Source: a virus
Taxonomy: Duplodnaviria; Caudoviricetes
Virus record (IMG/VR): IMGVR_UViG_2974731955_000001
Location: 1-64,000 of that record
Strand: one strand, 5' to 3'
DNA length: 64,000 nucleotides
In this document: positions 48,894-58,562 of the stretch, piece by piece
Layout of the letters: each line of letters starts with the position of its first letter
How positions within the stretch are numbered: position 1 is the first letter of the stretch
Made by a program: the position numbers and the translations under genes
The notes under the pieces: generated by a model
The model's database searches: none
What the model was told of the DNA's origin: nothing
What the model saw: only the letters and a program-made list of their open reading frames with translations

Positions 48894-50036
48894 ATGGAAA
48901 CTAAAGATATCAAATCTAAAGAAAAGAAAGCAACACTTTTAGATAAAGCAAAAGCATACAAAGAATTAATTATTAAGAATGCAAATGATCTTGCGGATCG
49001 GATTCTCAATAAAGCAATTGCCAAAGAAGAACAAGAAAAAGCTTGGCAAAAAAGAAAAAAAGAACTTAAAGCAGAAGCTGATAAAAAACGTAAAGAAGCT
49101 GCTTTAAAGAAGCGAGAGGAGAAAGCAAAGAAACTTATCTCTATTCATACTTCAATTCCTAGTAAAGATACTTCTGAAAAGCAAAAGAAGATCGATAAGG
49201 ATATTGAAAAGAAACATGATGAAAAGATGATTGCTAGTGAGACTAAATATGAAGATTGGTCACCTAAGCAACAGAAGCTTACTAAAGAAGAGAGGATTGA
49301 GCGTAATAAAAAACGTGCAATTAAACTTATTCATCATGAAGAAGTTAAAGATAAAATAAAGCATACTACAGCTGAAGAGAGAGAAGCAAGTGCGGCAGAG
49401 CAACGTCGTATTGCTTACCAAAATTATCTAGCTGAAATGCAACGTCAACAATCTGAAAAAGAAGCTGATCCAAAAGCAGCTGCAGAACGTAAAGAAAAAC
49501 GTTTAACGGCGAAGAAAGATCGTATGCAGATGTTGGCAGAGAAACGAATTAAGCGAATGGAAAGACTCCAAATCGTTGAGTTAACTCAGAAGCAAAAGTT
49601 AGCTAAGGATCTTGAACACTTCAAACAAGCACAAGAAGCTCGAAATGCTAAAAAGAAAGAGCAACGAGCCAAATATCTTACTAAGGGTGGAAAAGAAGTT
49701 CCCAAAGTAAAGAACAAAGTTGATATAAGACCAACGATAATTGAGAACAAAGTAGATAACAAACATCGTTATATTACTAGAACTCAACATATTGAAAAAA
49801 ATACACCTATTGGGGAGACAGTAGGCGCTATCATCTGTATACCTACAAAGTTAAAGGATATTGTAAAATATAACTTTAACAAATTAATGGAGAAAGAATC
49901 CGATAATCTAGTTGGAATCTTTATCTATGATAGCGATAATCCTGAAGTGTGTATAATGGAAATGGTTAATTCAAAATATCGTGAGATAGATGGAGTAACT
50001 ACTACGCGCATGAATCAGGAAAAACAAGCAGCATAA
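48894..50036 (+). CDS. Lys/Glu-rich coiled-coil protein
   Basis: 380 aa, highly charged; ends QAA. Confidence 0.7.
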   Translation: METKDIKSKEKKATLLDKAKAYKELIIKNANDLADRILNKAIAKEEQEKAWQKRKKELKAEADKKRKEAALKKREEKAKKLISIHTSIPSKDTSEKQKKIDKDIEKKHDEKMIASETKYEDWSPKQQKLTKEERIERNKKRAIKLIHHEEVKDKIKHTTAEEREASAAEQRRIAYQNYLAEMQRQQSEKEADPKAAAERKEKRLTAKKDRMQMLAEKRIKRMERLQIVELTQKQKLAKDLEHFKQAQEARNAKKKEQRAKYLTKGGKEVPKVKNKVDIRPTIIENKVDNKHRYITRTQHIEKNTPIGETVGAIICIPTKLKDIVKYNFNKLMEKESDNLVGIFIYDSDNPEVCIMEMVNSKYREIDGVTTTRMNQEKQAA

Positions 50037-50084
50037 GCTGATATTCGTCTATGAAACAGGGGCGCGTCTGTTCAACGCGCAAAT

Positions 50085-50163
50085 GATCCACTCGTCTATT
50101 GGTTAGGACGCAAGATTTTCTTGAGTGAAAATTTGAAAAAAAGTTCGATTCTTTTGTGGATCA
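50085..50163 (+). tRNA. tRNA-Glu-like element with extended anticodon arm
   Basis: GATCCAC/GTGGATC-A acceptor, TCGTCTATTGGTTAGGACG D arm typical of tRNA-Glu, CAAGATTTTC-TTGAGT-GAAAATTTG, AAAAG-TTCGATT-CTTTT. Confidence 0.7.
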
Positions 50164-50179
50164 CATAAATTCCATAGCT

Positions 50180-52096
50180 ATGAAAATTAAAGACAAAACT
50201 TGTATAGTCTTTGATATTGAAGTTCTTAAGAATATATTTACCTGTACGTGTAAAAATACAGAAACAGGAGTAATTACTACTTTTGAAATATCTTCTAGAA
50301 GAGTAGACATTCAAGAATTAGTATATTATTTTACTCAAGACTGTTACTTTGTTGGTTATAATAACCATCATTATGATAATCCAGTACTAAATTATGTATT
50401 TTCTTTATATAATAAAAATTATATAAACTATTTTAGTACTAGAGAGATAATAGAGTCTATATTCAGAATGAGTCAAATTGTAATTGATAAAAACTCTAAT
50501 TTTGAATTATGGAAAGAATATAAATATACTAAGAATTTCTTATCAATTGATCTATTAACTATGCTATATTCTAAAGCATTACGAGTATCTTTAAAAGAGA
50601 TGCAAGTAACTATGCAATATAAGAATGTAGAAGAATTCGTAGTAGATTGGCAACAAGATCTTCCTGAGAAAGATATGGATCGATTAATATCCTACAACAT
50701 TAATGATGTAGAATCTACTGAGGAACTTTTGTATCGATGTAAGGATTTACTTGAACTAAGAGTAGAAACTGAAAGAGATTTTGGACTACAATGTTTAAGT
50801 TTAGATAGAGTAAATTTAGGAGATAAACTATTGCAGCTTAAGGTTATGCAAAAAGCAAACCTAAGTAAAGATCAATTAGAAAATATGAAATCTCCTGTTG
50901 ATCGTGTAGATCTAGAGAAAGTAATATTTCCTTGGATTAAATTTAGCAATCCAATACTTCAAAAAGCATTGCAAGATATGAAAAATCAACACAATGTATC
51001 TCCGGGTAGAAAAGGCTATATAAATACTTTTATATTTGGTGAAATGGAAGTAACTATTGGAGTAGGTGGTATTCATGGTGATAATGGTTGTTGTTCAATC
51101 AAGTGTAATGATGATGAACTATTATTAGATTCTGATGTAAATTCACTATACCCAAGTTTAATTGCTAAATATGAATTATACCCTCCTAAATTAAAATTTA
51201 TTCTTAAAGAAGTATATCCAGAAATTATTCGAGATAGACTTGAATTTAAGAGAACTAAACAGAAAAACAAAAACGAAACATATAAATATATGCTTAATGG
51301 AGTAACTGGTAAAATGCAACAAGAAGTATCTTGGTTATATGCACCATTCTCTATTATGCAAGTACGTATCAATGGTCAATTATTACTTTTAATGCTTGCT
51401 GAAAGACTTTTAAATTTAGGATGTAAGTTATATCAGATTAATACTGATGGTATCTTATATAAGATAAAAAAGACTAAATATGAGGAATTACAACAAATAT
51501 TAAAGGAGTGGGAAGAATTGACTAAACTTACTTTGGAAACCGAACAATTTACTTCATTCTATCAATTAGCAATAAATGATTATTTTGGAGTAGATCCTAA
51601 TGGAAATATTAAAAAGAAAGGATTCTTTTTAACTGATGTTGAATTAGGAAAAGGTTTATCACCAAAGATCATTCCCGAAGCGATTATTAATTACTTTGTA
51701 CATAACGTTCCAGTAGAAGATACTATTAAATCTTGTAGAGATATACGTAAATTCTTACAAGCAGAGAAGACAGGTAAACAATGGACAGTTGAATATAACG
51801 AACAAGTTCAACAAAGAACCAATAGATTTTACGTTAGTAATAGTGGATACTATTTATGGAAATGGAAACTTGATGATACTGGTAAGAAATCATATCAGAA
51901 TATGTTAAAAGGTTACGGAGTAAGACTTCATAATCGATTTTATTCTGATGAAGATCTTCAATGGAAGTATTCTCAAGGAGAAACATTCCAGAGTATATAC
52001 GATATTAATTATCAATATTATATTACTCAATGTATTAAAGTAATAGAACAGTTAAAACCTAAACAGTTAAACCTATTTAATTTTGACGAATTTTAG
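50180..52096 (+). CDS. polB: Family B DNA polymerase
   Basis: Exonuclease VFDIE, GYNNHHYD, YNINDV; polymerase DVNSLYPS, KYMLNGVTGK, INTDG. ATG 50180 preferred over GTG 50156, which lies inside the tRNA-like element. Confidence 0.93.
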   Translation: MKIKDKTCIVFDIEVLKNIFTCTCKNTETGVITTFEISSRRVDIQELVYYFTQDCYFVGYNNHHYDNPVLNYVFSLYNKNYINYFSTREIIESIFRMSQIVIDKNSNFELWKEYKYTKNFLSIDLLTMLYSKALRVSLKEMQVTMQYKNVEEFVVDWQQDLPEKDMDRLISYNINDVESTEELLYRCKDLLELRVETERDFGLQCLSLDRVNLGDKLLQLKVMQKANLSKDQLENMKSPVDRVDLEKVIFPWIKFSNPILQKALQDMKNQHNVSPGRKGYINTFIFGEMEVTIGVGGIHGDNGCCSIKCNDDELLLDSDVNSLYPSLIAKYELYPPKLKFILKEVYPEIIRDRLEFKRTKQKNKNETYKYMLNGVTGKMQQEVSWLYAPFSIMQVRINGQLLLLMLAERLLNLGCKLYQINTDGILYKIKKTKYEELQQILKEWEELTKLTLETEQFTSFYQLAINDYFGVDPNGNIKKKGFFLTDVELGKGLSPKIIPEAIINYFVHNVPVEDTIKSCRDIRKFLQAEKTGKQWTVEYNEQVQQRTNRFYVSNSGYYLWKWKLDDTGKKSYQNMLKGYGVRLHNRFYSDEDLQWKYSQGETFQSIYDINYQYYITQCIKVIEQLKPKQLNLFNFDEF

Positions 52097-52139
52097 CAAA
52101 GCGTATCATATCATGTCAGGTTCTTAAAAGAAGAAGAAC

Positions 52140-52700
52140 ATGATCATTGAACTAGATACAAATCTAATGGAAACATTAGATATTTCAATAAATCAGCTAG
52201 TATTTTTAAGTCTTGTATTAGATAAGAATCAAAAGTCCAATCAAGGTATCACAACCATTATTCGCCGGGTCAGTGATAATGAGATACAAGACTTAATCGA
52301 TAGAAATTTTATTCAAAAGAAAGACGATAGTAAAAAAGTAACATATAAACCTACTAAGGAATTAGTAGATAAATTAACTCCTAAAGATATACTTTTCGAG
52401 CAATTTTATATGTTATATCCTATCATGGTTACTAGACCAGATGGAACTAGAGGCTTTCTTAGAAGTAATCTAAAGAAATGTAGAGAATATTATAACAAAT
52501 TAGTTAAAGGTAATCCCGATCTTCATAACAGAATCGTAACTGCTTTAAACTTTGAGCTTACTGATAAGGCAATGACAGGAAAGCTTGGTTATATGAAAAC
52601 TATGTGGAAATGGCTTACTTCACATGAATGGGAATTACTTGAAGAACAAATGAATGCTAACCAATCTGTATTTCAAAGTTATGGAACAGAATTACGATAA
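52140..52700 (+). CDS. Putative replication/helicase-loader protein
   Basis: Winged-helix-like N-terminus; FEQFY..YP and YMK..KWL..W pattern; precedes helicase. Confidence 0.55.
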   Translation: MIIELDTNLMETLDISINQLVFLSLVLDKNQKSNQGITTIIRRVSDNEIQDLIDRNFIQKKDDSKKVTYKPTKELVDKLTPKDILFEQFYMLYPIMVTRPDGTRGFLRSNLKKCREYYNKLVKGNPDLHNRIVTALNFELTDKAMTGKLGYMKTMWKWLTSHEWELLEEQMNANQSVFQSYGTELR

Positions 52701-53592
52701 CTTACCTATCTTTAAACATATATCTGAAGTAACAGAAGATACTAAAGAATATATTAAAAAGAGACAAAATCATGAAATTGAACCATTAAAAACAAGATGG
52801 AATAAATTTAATGAAATGTGTAGTATAGAACCTGGCATGGTTTGTACTATAGCAGGTATATCAGGAACTGGTAAGTCTTCATTTGTAAATACGTTACAAA
52901 CTGATTTAATTGAACTTAATCCTAATCAAGATATAGTTATTCTTTCTTTCTCGTTTGAGATGCTTAGCCGTGCACAAGTAGGAAGAACTTTATCTAATAA
53001 GTTGCATCAAACAACTAAGGCTTTGTATTCTTTAAAAGATATTTCATTAAACGAAATAGATAATACTTTAAATACAATTAAAGATTATCCAATATATTTT
53101 GTTGATGAATATCTAACAGTACAACAAATAGATAAAACTATATCATATTTTCAAGAAACTATTGCTAAAGATAAATGGTTAATCATAGTACTAGATCATA
53201 CTTTATTAGTTAGTAGTGATAATTATAAAGATGAAAGAATGATTATATCAGAACTTGAAAAAGTATTTATTAAAGCAAAGAAAATTGGAAAAACTACAAT
53301 TTTTCAATTATCTCAAATGAATAGAAATATTGAAAATATAGATAGGATTAATAATCCATCGGCTCACTATCCGATGAGAAGTGATTTATCTGCATCTGAT
53401 TCTGTATTTCAAGGAAGTGATGTTATAGCTGTCTTACATAGACCTGAAATTTTAAATTTGATGGCATATGGCGTTCAAAGACTACCCGTACAAAATCGTA
53501 TATATCTTCATTTTCTTAAAGTAAGAGAAGGAGAATTAGCGATACTTGAATTTGAAAACGACCTGAAATATAACAACCTAATTGAATTATAG
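52681..53592 (+). CDS. dnaB: DnaB-like replicative helicase
   Basis: GISGTGKS, FSFEM, VLDH, LSQMNR, P.RSDL, LHRPE, LKVREG. Confidence 0.9.
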   Translation: MEQNYDNLPIFKHISEVTEDTKEYIKKRQNHEIEPLKTRWNKFNEMCSIEPGMVCTIAGISGTGKSSFVNTLQTDLIELNPNQDIVILSFSFEMLSRAQVGRTLSNKLHQTTKALYSLKDISLNEIDNTLNTIKDYPIYFVDEYLTVQQIDKTISYFQETIAKDKWLIIVLDHTLLVSSDNYKDERMIISELEKVFIKAKKIGKTTIFQLSQMNRNIENIDRINNPSAHYPMRSDLSASDSVFQGSDVIAVLHRPEILNLMAYGVQRLPVQNRIYLHFLKVREGELAILEFENDLKYNNLIEL

Positions 53593-53630
53593 ATAAAGAT
53601 TTTTATTAATTGGTTAAAATTTTGGCGAAT

Positions 53631-54125
53631 ATGACAACAGTATTTAATTCAAACGGCAACAATAAGAAATTTAACGAGAACAATAACTTTGATTATAAAA
53701 TCGATTTGACTAAGTATTTCGCTACTCCTACTACAAAGTATCATAGTGACTATACGTCAGATATTCTGAATAAGATTCGATCGATCTTTCCGTGGGCTAC
53801 AAAGAAGAACGATACTTCTTATACTATTACTCTAGATAATGCTCCTATTGAGTCTTATACTCTATTAGGCGTTACTCCTGAGGCATTAAATCTTGAATGG
53901 AATAAGGCAGCTTCTCGCCTGTATGATTATATTTATTATACAGAGAATCCGTCCTATGACTTCATGATCGGTGGTATTCCGGTTAAGATTCATGGGAATT
54001 ACATTCAAGTTGGTACGAAGATTGTTCCGAAGTTTACGACTTCGAAATTCTTTAATAACTTATCTAAGAAAGAGCAGATTATTATTTATAATATTTCTAT
54101 AAATATTAATGCAATTTCTGCATAA
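53631..54125 (+). CDS. Hypothetical protein
   Basis: Track ORF 53610; likely start MTTVF. Confidence 0.6.
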   Translation: MTTVFNSNGNNKKFNENNNFDYKIDLTKYFATPTTKYHSDYTSDILNKIRSIFPWATKKNDTSYTITLDNAPIESYTLLGVTPEALNLEWNKAASRLYDYIYYTENPSYDFMIGGIPVKIHGNYIQVGTKIVPKFTTSKFFNNLSKKEQIIIYNISININAISA

Positions 54126-54221
54126 TTAAAATAAACAGATCTTTTCAGAATTTTTTCAAATATTATCGAACTGTATCAAACTTTTTCATTCATTTCTGAA
54201 AAGTAGATAAAACTTCAATTT

Positions 54222-55973
54222 ATGATAGTATTACCTACTGAAAAAGTCAAGGCAAAAGTAAATAATCCACGATTTTTAATTATATACGGTCGTCCAAAGA
54301 CCGGTAAAACCTCTTGTGTAGCGGCTCTAGAAAACAATTTGATTATTGATCTTGAAGGTGGATCTGAATTTTTAGATTGTTTGTCTATACAAGCAAGATC
54401 TGTAGCAGATTTAGGTGATATTGCAAATGCAATTAGAACTAAAATTAAAGAAACTGGAGTAAAGCCATATAAATTTATTACTCTAGATAATGCTACACGA
54501 CTAGAAGAAATATGTCTATCTTATGCAGCTACGCTTTATAAAGCGCAACCTCAAGGTAAATCTTGGCAAGGTACAGACGTTAGATTATTACCACAAGGAA
54601 GTGGATATCAATATATTCGTCTAGCTGTAAGAAAAGTAATAGATATGTTTAAAGAACTTACAGATAATCTTATTTTAATTGGTCACACTAAGGATTAAAA
54701 ATAGTCCCTTTAGCTGGTAACAGTTATAGCAAATCTCTTGAATTGCTGGAAACTCTTCTATAAATAGAACACATATACTGTTATAACGTTAATATGATAT
54801 ATGTACAATTTATATAAGACAATCAGCAGCTATGGAAAAATATAGTATTTTAGATAAAAAAACAATAATAGGACAAAATAAAAAAGGTAAAACTTATAGA
54901 TATTTAATACAAGTAAAATGTAATGATTGTGGACATATTAAATGGGTAAATCCATCTAATCCTTTTTATAAAAAAGGAATATGTAGAAAATGCAATGAAT
55001 CTAATTATAGAAATCAAGTATTAAATATTGAAAATGATACTTTTAAGGTTCTTTCTATCGATAATGAAAGTACTGCAAAAAATCCTCGTCATACAAAATA
55101 TTTTGTACAATGTAAAAGATGTGGAAAAATTTTTAGTAGACGAGCGAGTGTAATACGAAAAAGTTTAGAAAGTGTTGTTTGTTCTAATTGTAGAAAACTT
55201 CGAAATAATAAACCATTAAACGTTATAAAATATAAAGAATACTGTTATTATAGATCTGGTGCAAAAGCTAGAAATTTAGAATGGAATTTAACGGAAGAAC
55301 AATTTGCACATTTAATAAATCAAAATTGTGTATATTGCGGAGAAAAGCCTTCTAAAAAACAAACAGTATCTTATAAAAATGAATATGAATTAGTAAATGG
55401 TATAGATAGAATAGATTCTTCTAAAGGATATACAGTTAATAACTGTGTACCTTGTTGCAGTAAGTGTAATCTTATGAAAAATAATTTTAAGAAAGAAGAA
55501 TTTTTACAACATATAACTAAAATATATAATTATTCTATTAGTTCAACGACTATCCCGAAAGGGAGTACATTCGAAGCTAATGCGAATGGAAGCGAGAGAA
55601 TTCCTAACAAAAGGAATATGATATAGTCTATTCTACATGGTGACATGTAGCAGTTCATAAGAGAACGTATACAAACTTGCGAATTGTATAGAATATTAAG
55701 AAATTGATCAATAAAAATGGTGAAGATATGACAGAAATGTCCTTAGATTTAGTAGGTAAACTAGGGGATATTGTCTGTGGAGAAGCAGATGCTGTAGGTT
55801 TTATGTATAGAAAAGGTAATCAAACCATTGTTAATTTTGATAGTGGTGATGATACTACAAAAGGTGCTAGAGCACCACACATTAGAGAAAAAAGAATCGT
55901 TTTAGCTGAAAGCGATGAAAATGGAAATTTAAGTTTTCATTGGAATAAAATTTATTTGCCAGACCAAGAATAA
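54222..55973 (+). CDS. AAA_24/Sak4-like ATPase, two exons (54222-54695 + 55701-55973), 248 aa spliced
   Basis: YGRPKTGKT, IDLEGG, ITLD; joined GHTKD|KLINKNGEDM in frame. Confidence 0.88.
54766..54790 (+). promoter_or_regulatory. ECF-type promoter inside intron
   Basis: AGAAC-N16-CGTT upstream of the endonuclease ATG. Confidence 0.68.
54832..55626 (+). CDS. Intron-encoded HNH-like endonuclease
   Basis: CxxC repeats; CVYCG..NGIDRIDSSKGYTVNNCVPCCSKCNLMK. Confidence 0.88.
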   Translation: MEKYSILDKKTIIGQNKKGKTYRYLIQVKCNDCGHIKWVNPSNPFYKKGICRKCNESNYRNQVLNIENDTFKVLSIDNESTAKNPRHTKYFVQCKRCGKIFSRRASVIRKSLESVVCSNCRKLRNNKPLNVIKYKEYCYYRSGAKARNLEWNLTEEQFAHLINQNCVYCGEKPSKKQTVSYKNEYELVNGIDRIDSSKGYTVNNCVPCCSKCNLMKNNFKKEEFLQHITKIYNYSISSTTIPKGSTFEANANGSERIPNKRNMI

Positions 55974-55991
55974 CCAAAATAATAGAATAAG

Positions 55992-56624
55992 ATGATTTAC
56001 AGTTCACAAAGAGCACAAGCAATCCAAAAGAAAGATGTAGCATATTTAGGTGCAGGTATCCAAGATAATGTAGTATTAGAAGCAATTAGAGTTGATAAAT
56101 CCATTAATGGAAATAACTTTATTGAATTTAAGTTTACTGCAAAAGATGGTAAATTTATGACCCATACTGAATGGGAACCATCTAAAGGTCCTAATATGAC
56201 TGATGAAGATCTACAGAAGAAGTGTGATAACCAATTCTCTAGAATCGATCAAATCCTAGAATGTTACTATCCTAATAAGGAAGATCGAGTATTTACCGGT
56301 GAGAGTTTTAAAGAATTCATCGAATGGGTTGCTGAAATGCTTAATAAAGCAGACAGATCTACATTACTTCGTATTAAAGTAGTATATAACAATAGTGGTT
56401 ATACTACACTTCCGAAGTATGCAAAATATAGATTTATCGAACCTATGTCAATAGTAGATAAAAATGAATCAGTAATTGTCAAGTTAAACATTGATAATTT
56501 TGAGAAACCTATTATTGCAGATGTAGAGCAGTCTAATCCAAATCCACTAACATCTAGTTCATTTGTAATAACAGATGGAACTTTAGATAATACAGAAGAT
56601 AATCCTAACGGATTACCATTTTAA
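55992..56624 (+). CDS. Putative ssDNA-binding protein
   Basis: OB-like pattern, acidic tail ending LPF, follows Sak4-like ATPase. Confidence 0.65.
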   Translation: MIYSSQRAQAIQKKDVAYLGAGIQDNVVLEAIRVDKSINGNNFIEFKFTAKDGKFMTHTEWEPSKGPNMTDEDLQKKCDNQFSRIDQILECYYPNKEDRVFTGESFKEFIEWVAEMLNKADRSTLLRIKVVYNNSGYTTLPKYAKYRFIEPMSIVDKNESVIVKLNIDNFEKPIIADVEQSNPNPLTSSSFVITDGTLDNTEDNPNGLPF

Positions 56625-56741
56625 AAATATAAAGCTATTCGTACGATAGAACGAAAACTATACGGCCTCTGACTTTTGTCATGTAAGTATACCAGATCGT
56701 AGGCTGGCACTGACCACACAGGGGGTATTGTAAAGGTGGAA

Positions 56742-56849
56742 GAAGAGTAAGCACATAACTATAATAGTTAAGCAGATGTGTGAATGGGCCTAATACAAAC
56801 GCTAACTAGCGTGTATTTAAATGGGGCGGTTCGAGTCCGCCACTCTTCA
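56742..56849 (+). ncRNA. tRNA-like element with enlarged core
   Basis: GAAGAGT/ACTCTTC-A acceptor, GGCGG-TTCGAGT-CCGCC T-arm, two long internal hairpins. Confidence 0.65.
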
Positions 56850-56873
56850 CTGATTATTAAAAAATTATATCAT

Positions 56874-57839
56874 ATGTATGACTCTAATAGAATAACAAAA
56901 CAAGATAATCCTATTACTCTAGACTATATCTTATCCAAAGTCACAGAATATGATATTTATGCTAGATATTTAGGCCAATTTAAAGTTGGTTTTATCTATA
57001 ACAGTCCGTTTCGAAAGGATAAGAATCCTTCATTTGGAATATTCCGAAGTAAGAAGACTGGAAAATTACTATTTAAAGATCATGGTAATGGAGAATGCGG
57101 AGATGTAATTAAATTCGTAGAGTTATATACTGGTATAACTAATTATAATGATCTACTAAATCAAATAGTAAAGGATATGCAAATTACTAATAATACGGTA
57201 TTGCATAGTAATAAAGAAGTAGAGAAATCTACTGAAACAGTTATTGGAGTAGTTAGACAAGATTGGACAGATATAGATAAACAATATTGGTCACAATTTG
57301 GAATTTCTCTAAAGACTTTAAAGAAATTTGGTGTAAGTAGTATAAAATATTATTTGTGTGATGGTGTAGTAAAGGGAGTGTATAAGGAAAATAATCCTAT
57401 GTATGCATATAAAGTATATGATAGATTCAAGATTTATAGACCTTTAGCAGATAAATATACTAAATGGCGTAATAATTTAACTCCATATGATATTCAGGGA
57501 TATGAACAATTACCTAAAAAAGGTGATTTACTAATTATTACTAAATCTATGAAGGATGTTATGTGTTTATATGAAATGGGTTATACTGCAATATCACCAG
57601 CTTCAGAAAGCACATTTCTTACTCCAGATGTTATAGATGCACTTAAACTTCGATTTAAGCGTATTTTAATATGTTTTGATAGAGACGTTCCTGGAGTTAA
57701 AAATATGCGTAAGATAAGCCTTAAAACAGGTTTAAATGGATTCTTAGTACATAAGAAATTCCAAAGTAAAGACATATCTGATGCTATTAAGAATAATGGC
57801 TTTGAAGTAATTAAAAATTGGTTAAAAGAAACACTATGA
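56874..57839 (+). CDS. dnaG: DNA primase
   Basis: SPFRKDKNPSF..FKDHG N-terminal domain; TOPRIM IITKSMKDV, CFDRD..G, KDISD. Start MYDSN preferred. Confidence 0.88.
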   Translation: MYDSNRITKQDNPITLDYILSKVTEYDIYARYLGQFKVGFIYNSPFRKDKNPSFGIFRSKKTGKLLFKDHGNGECGDVIKFVELYTGITNYNDLLNQIVKDMQITNNTVLHSNKEVEKSTETVIGVVRQDWTDIDKQYWSQFGISLKTLKKFGVSSIKYYLCDGVVKGVYKENNPMYAYKVYDRFKIYRPLADKYTKWRNNLTPYDIQGYEQLPKKGDLLIITKSMKDVMCLYEMGYTAISPASESTFLTPDVIDALKLRFKRILICFDRDVPGVKNMRKISLKTGLNGFLVHKKFQSKDISDAIKNNGFEVIKNWLKETL

Positions 57840-58423
57840 TATGGTTTACTTCAGATCTACATTTCTTTCATGACCGTATATTAGAATTTCATCCTAAGCG
57901 AAAAAAGATATTTGGGGATACTGTTGAAAAAGCTAAAGAAGCTATGATACAGTTATGGAATTCTAGAGTAAACAAGAAAGATACTATATATATTTTAGGT
58001 GATCTTGCATTTGGTGAAGTAGAAGATAAAAGAAAACTATTTCAAAGACTAAATGGTAACAAAGTACTAATACTTGGTAATCATGATAAAGTACCAGATC
58101 ATTTAAAATGCTATTTCAATCATATTACTCAGATCAAGAATATTAAATTTAAGAAATCTGTATATAATTTCTTACATAAAGATCTAGAAGTAATAATGTG
58201 TCATTTTCCGATATTAAGTTGGGAACACAAAGATAAAGGATCTGTTATGATACACGGTCATTGTCATGGAAAAGTAGATAAAATAAATACAGATTCTAAA
58301 GAATTAAGAGTAGATGTAGGTATAGATGGAAATCTAGCTAATTATGATCTAATATCTTTAGAAAAACTTGCAAATCATTTTACAAAAATAGAAAAAGACA
58401 ATGAACATGGAATGGTTAAATAG
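57836..58423 (+). CDS. Calcineurin-like metallophosphoesterase
   Basis: SDLH, LGD, GNHD, HGHCH. Confidence 0.9.
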   Translation: MIWFTSDLHFFHDRILEFHPKRKKIFGDTVEKAKEAMIQLWNSRVNKKDTIYILGDLAFGEVEDKRKLFQRLNGNKVLILGNHDKVPDHLKCYFNHITQIKNIKFKKSVYNFLHKDLEVIMCHFPILSWEHKDKGSVMIHGHCHGKVDKINTDSKELRVDVGIDGNLANYDLISLEKLANHFTKIEKDNEHGMVK

Positions 58424-58562
58424 TACACCAGGTCTAACATGGTTACAATTAATTCTGATTAGTTTTATTGGAAATCTTTGTGGAAGTATACTTTGTACAT
58501 ATATTGATCGTTATGAAGCAAAGAAAAACAAAAAGAAAGAAAACGACAAATCAGAAAGTTAA
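58407..58562 (+). CDS. 51-aa single-TM protein
   Basis: MEWLNSTPGLTWLQLILISFIGNLCGSILCTYIDRYEAKKNKKK..., translated by hand. Confidence 0.45.
   Translation: MEWLNSTPGLTWLQLILISFIGNLCGSILCTYIDRYEAKKNKKKENDKSES

Larger units (their letters stand above)
54696..55700 (+). mobile_element. Group I intron in AAA ATPase gene (1005 nt)
   Basis: GAATTGCTGGAAA, AATCAGCAGC, GTTCAACGACTA, ATGATATAGTCT; exon GGAT pairs IGS GTCC; terminal G at 55700. Confidence 0.92.

Noticed and set aside
50038-50060. Hammerhead ribozyme (CTGA...GAAAC)
   Set aside because: Core is CTGATAT rather than CTGANGA and the required stems are missing.
15672-55973. Pseudogene or split-gene calls for MCP, dut and AAA ATPase
   Set aside because: Each rejoins in frame at canonical group I U|...G| junctions.
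33336-57775. Minus-strand short ORFs across the early arm
   Set aside because: Antisense to real genes or RNA elements; no motifs.
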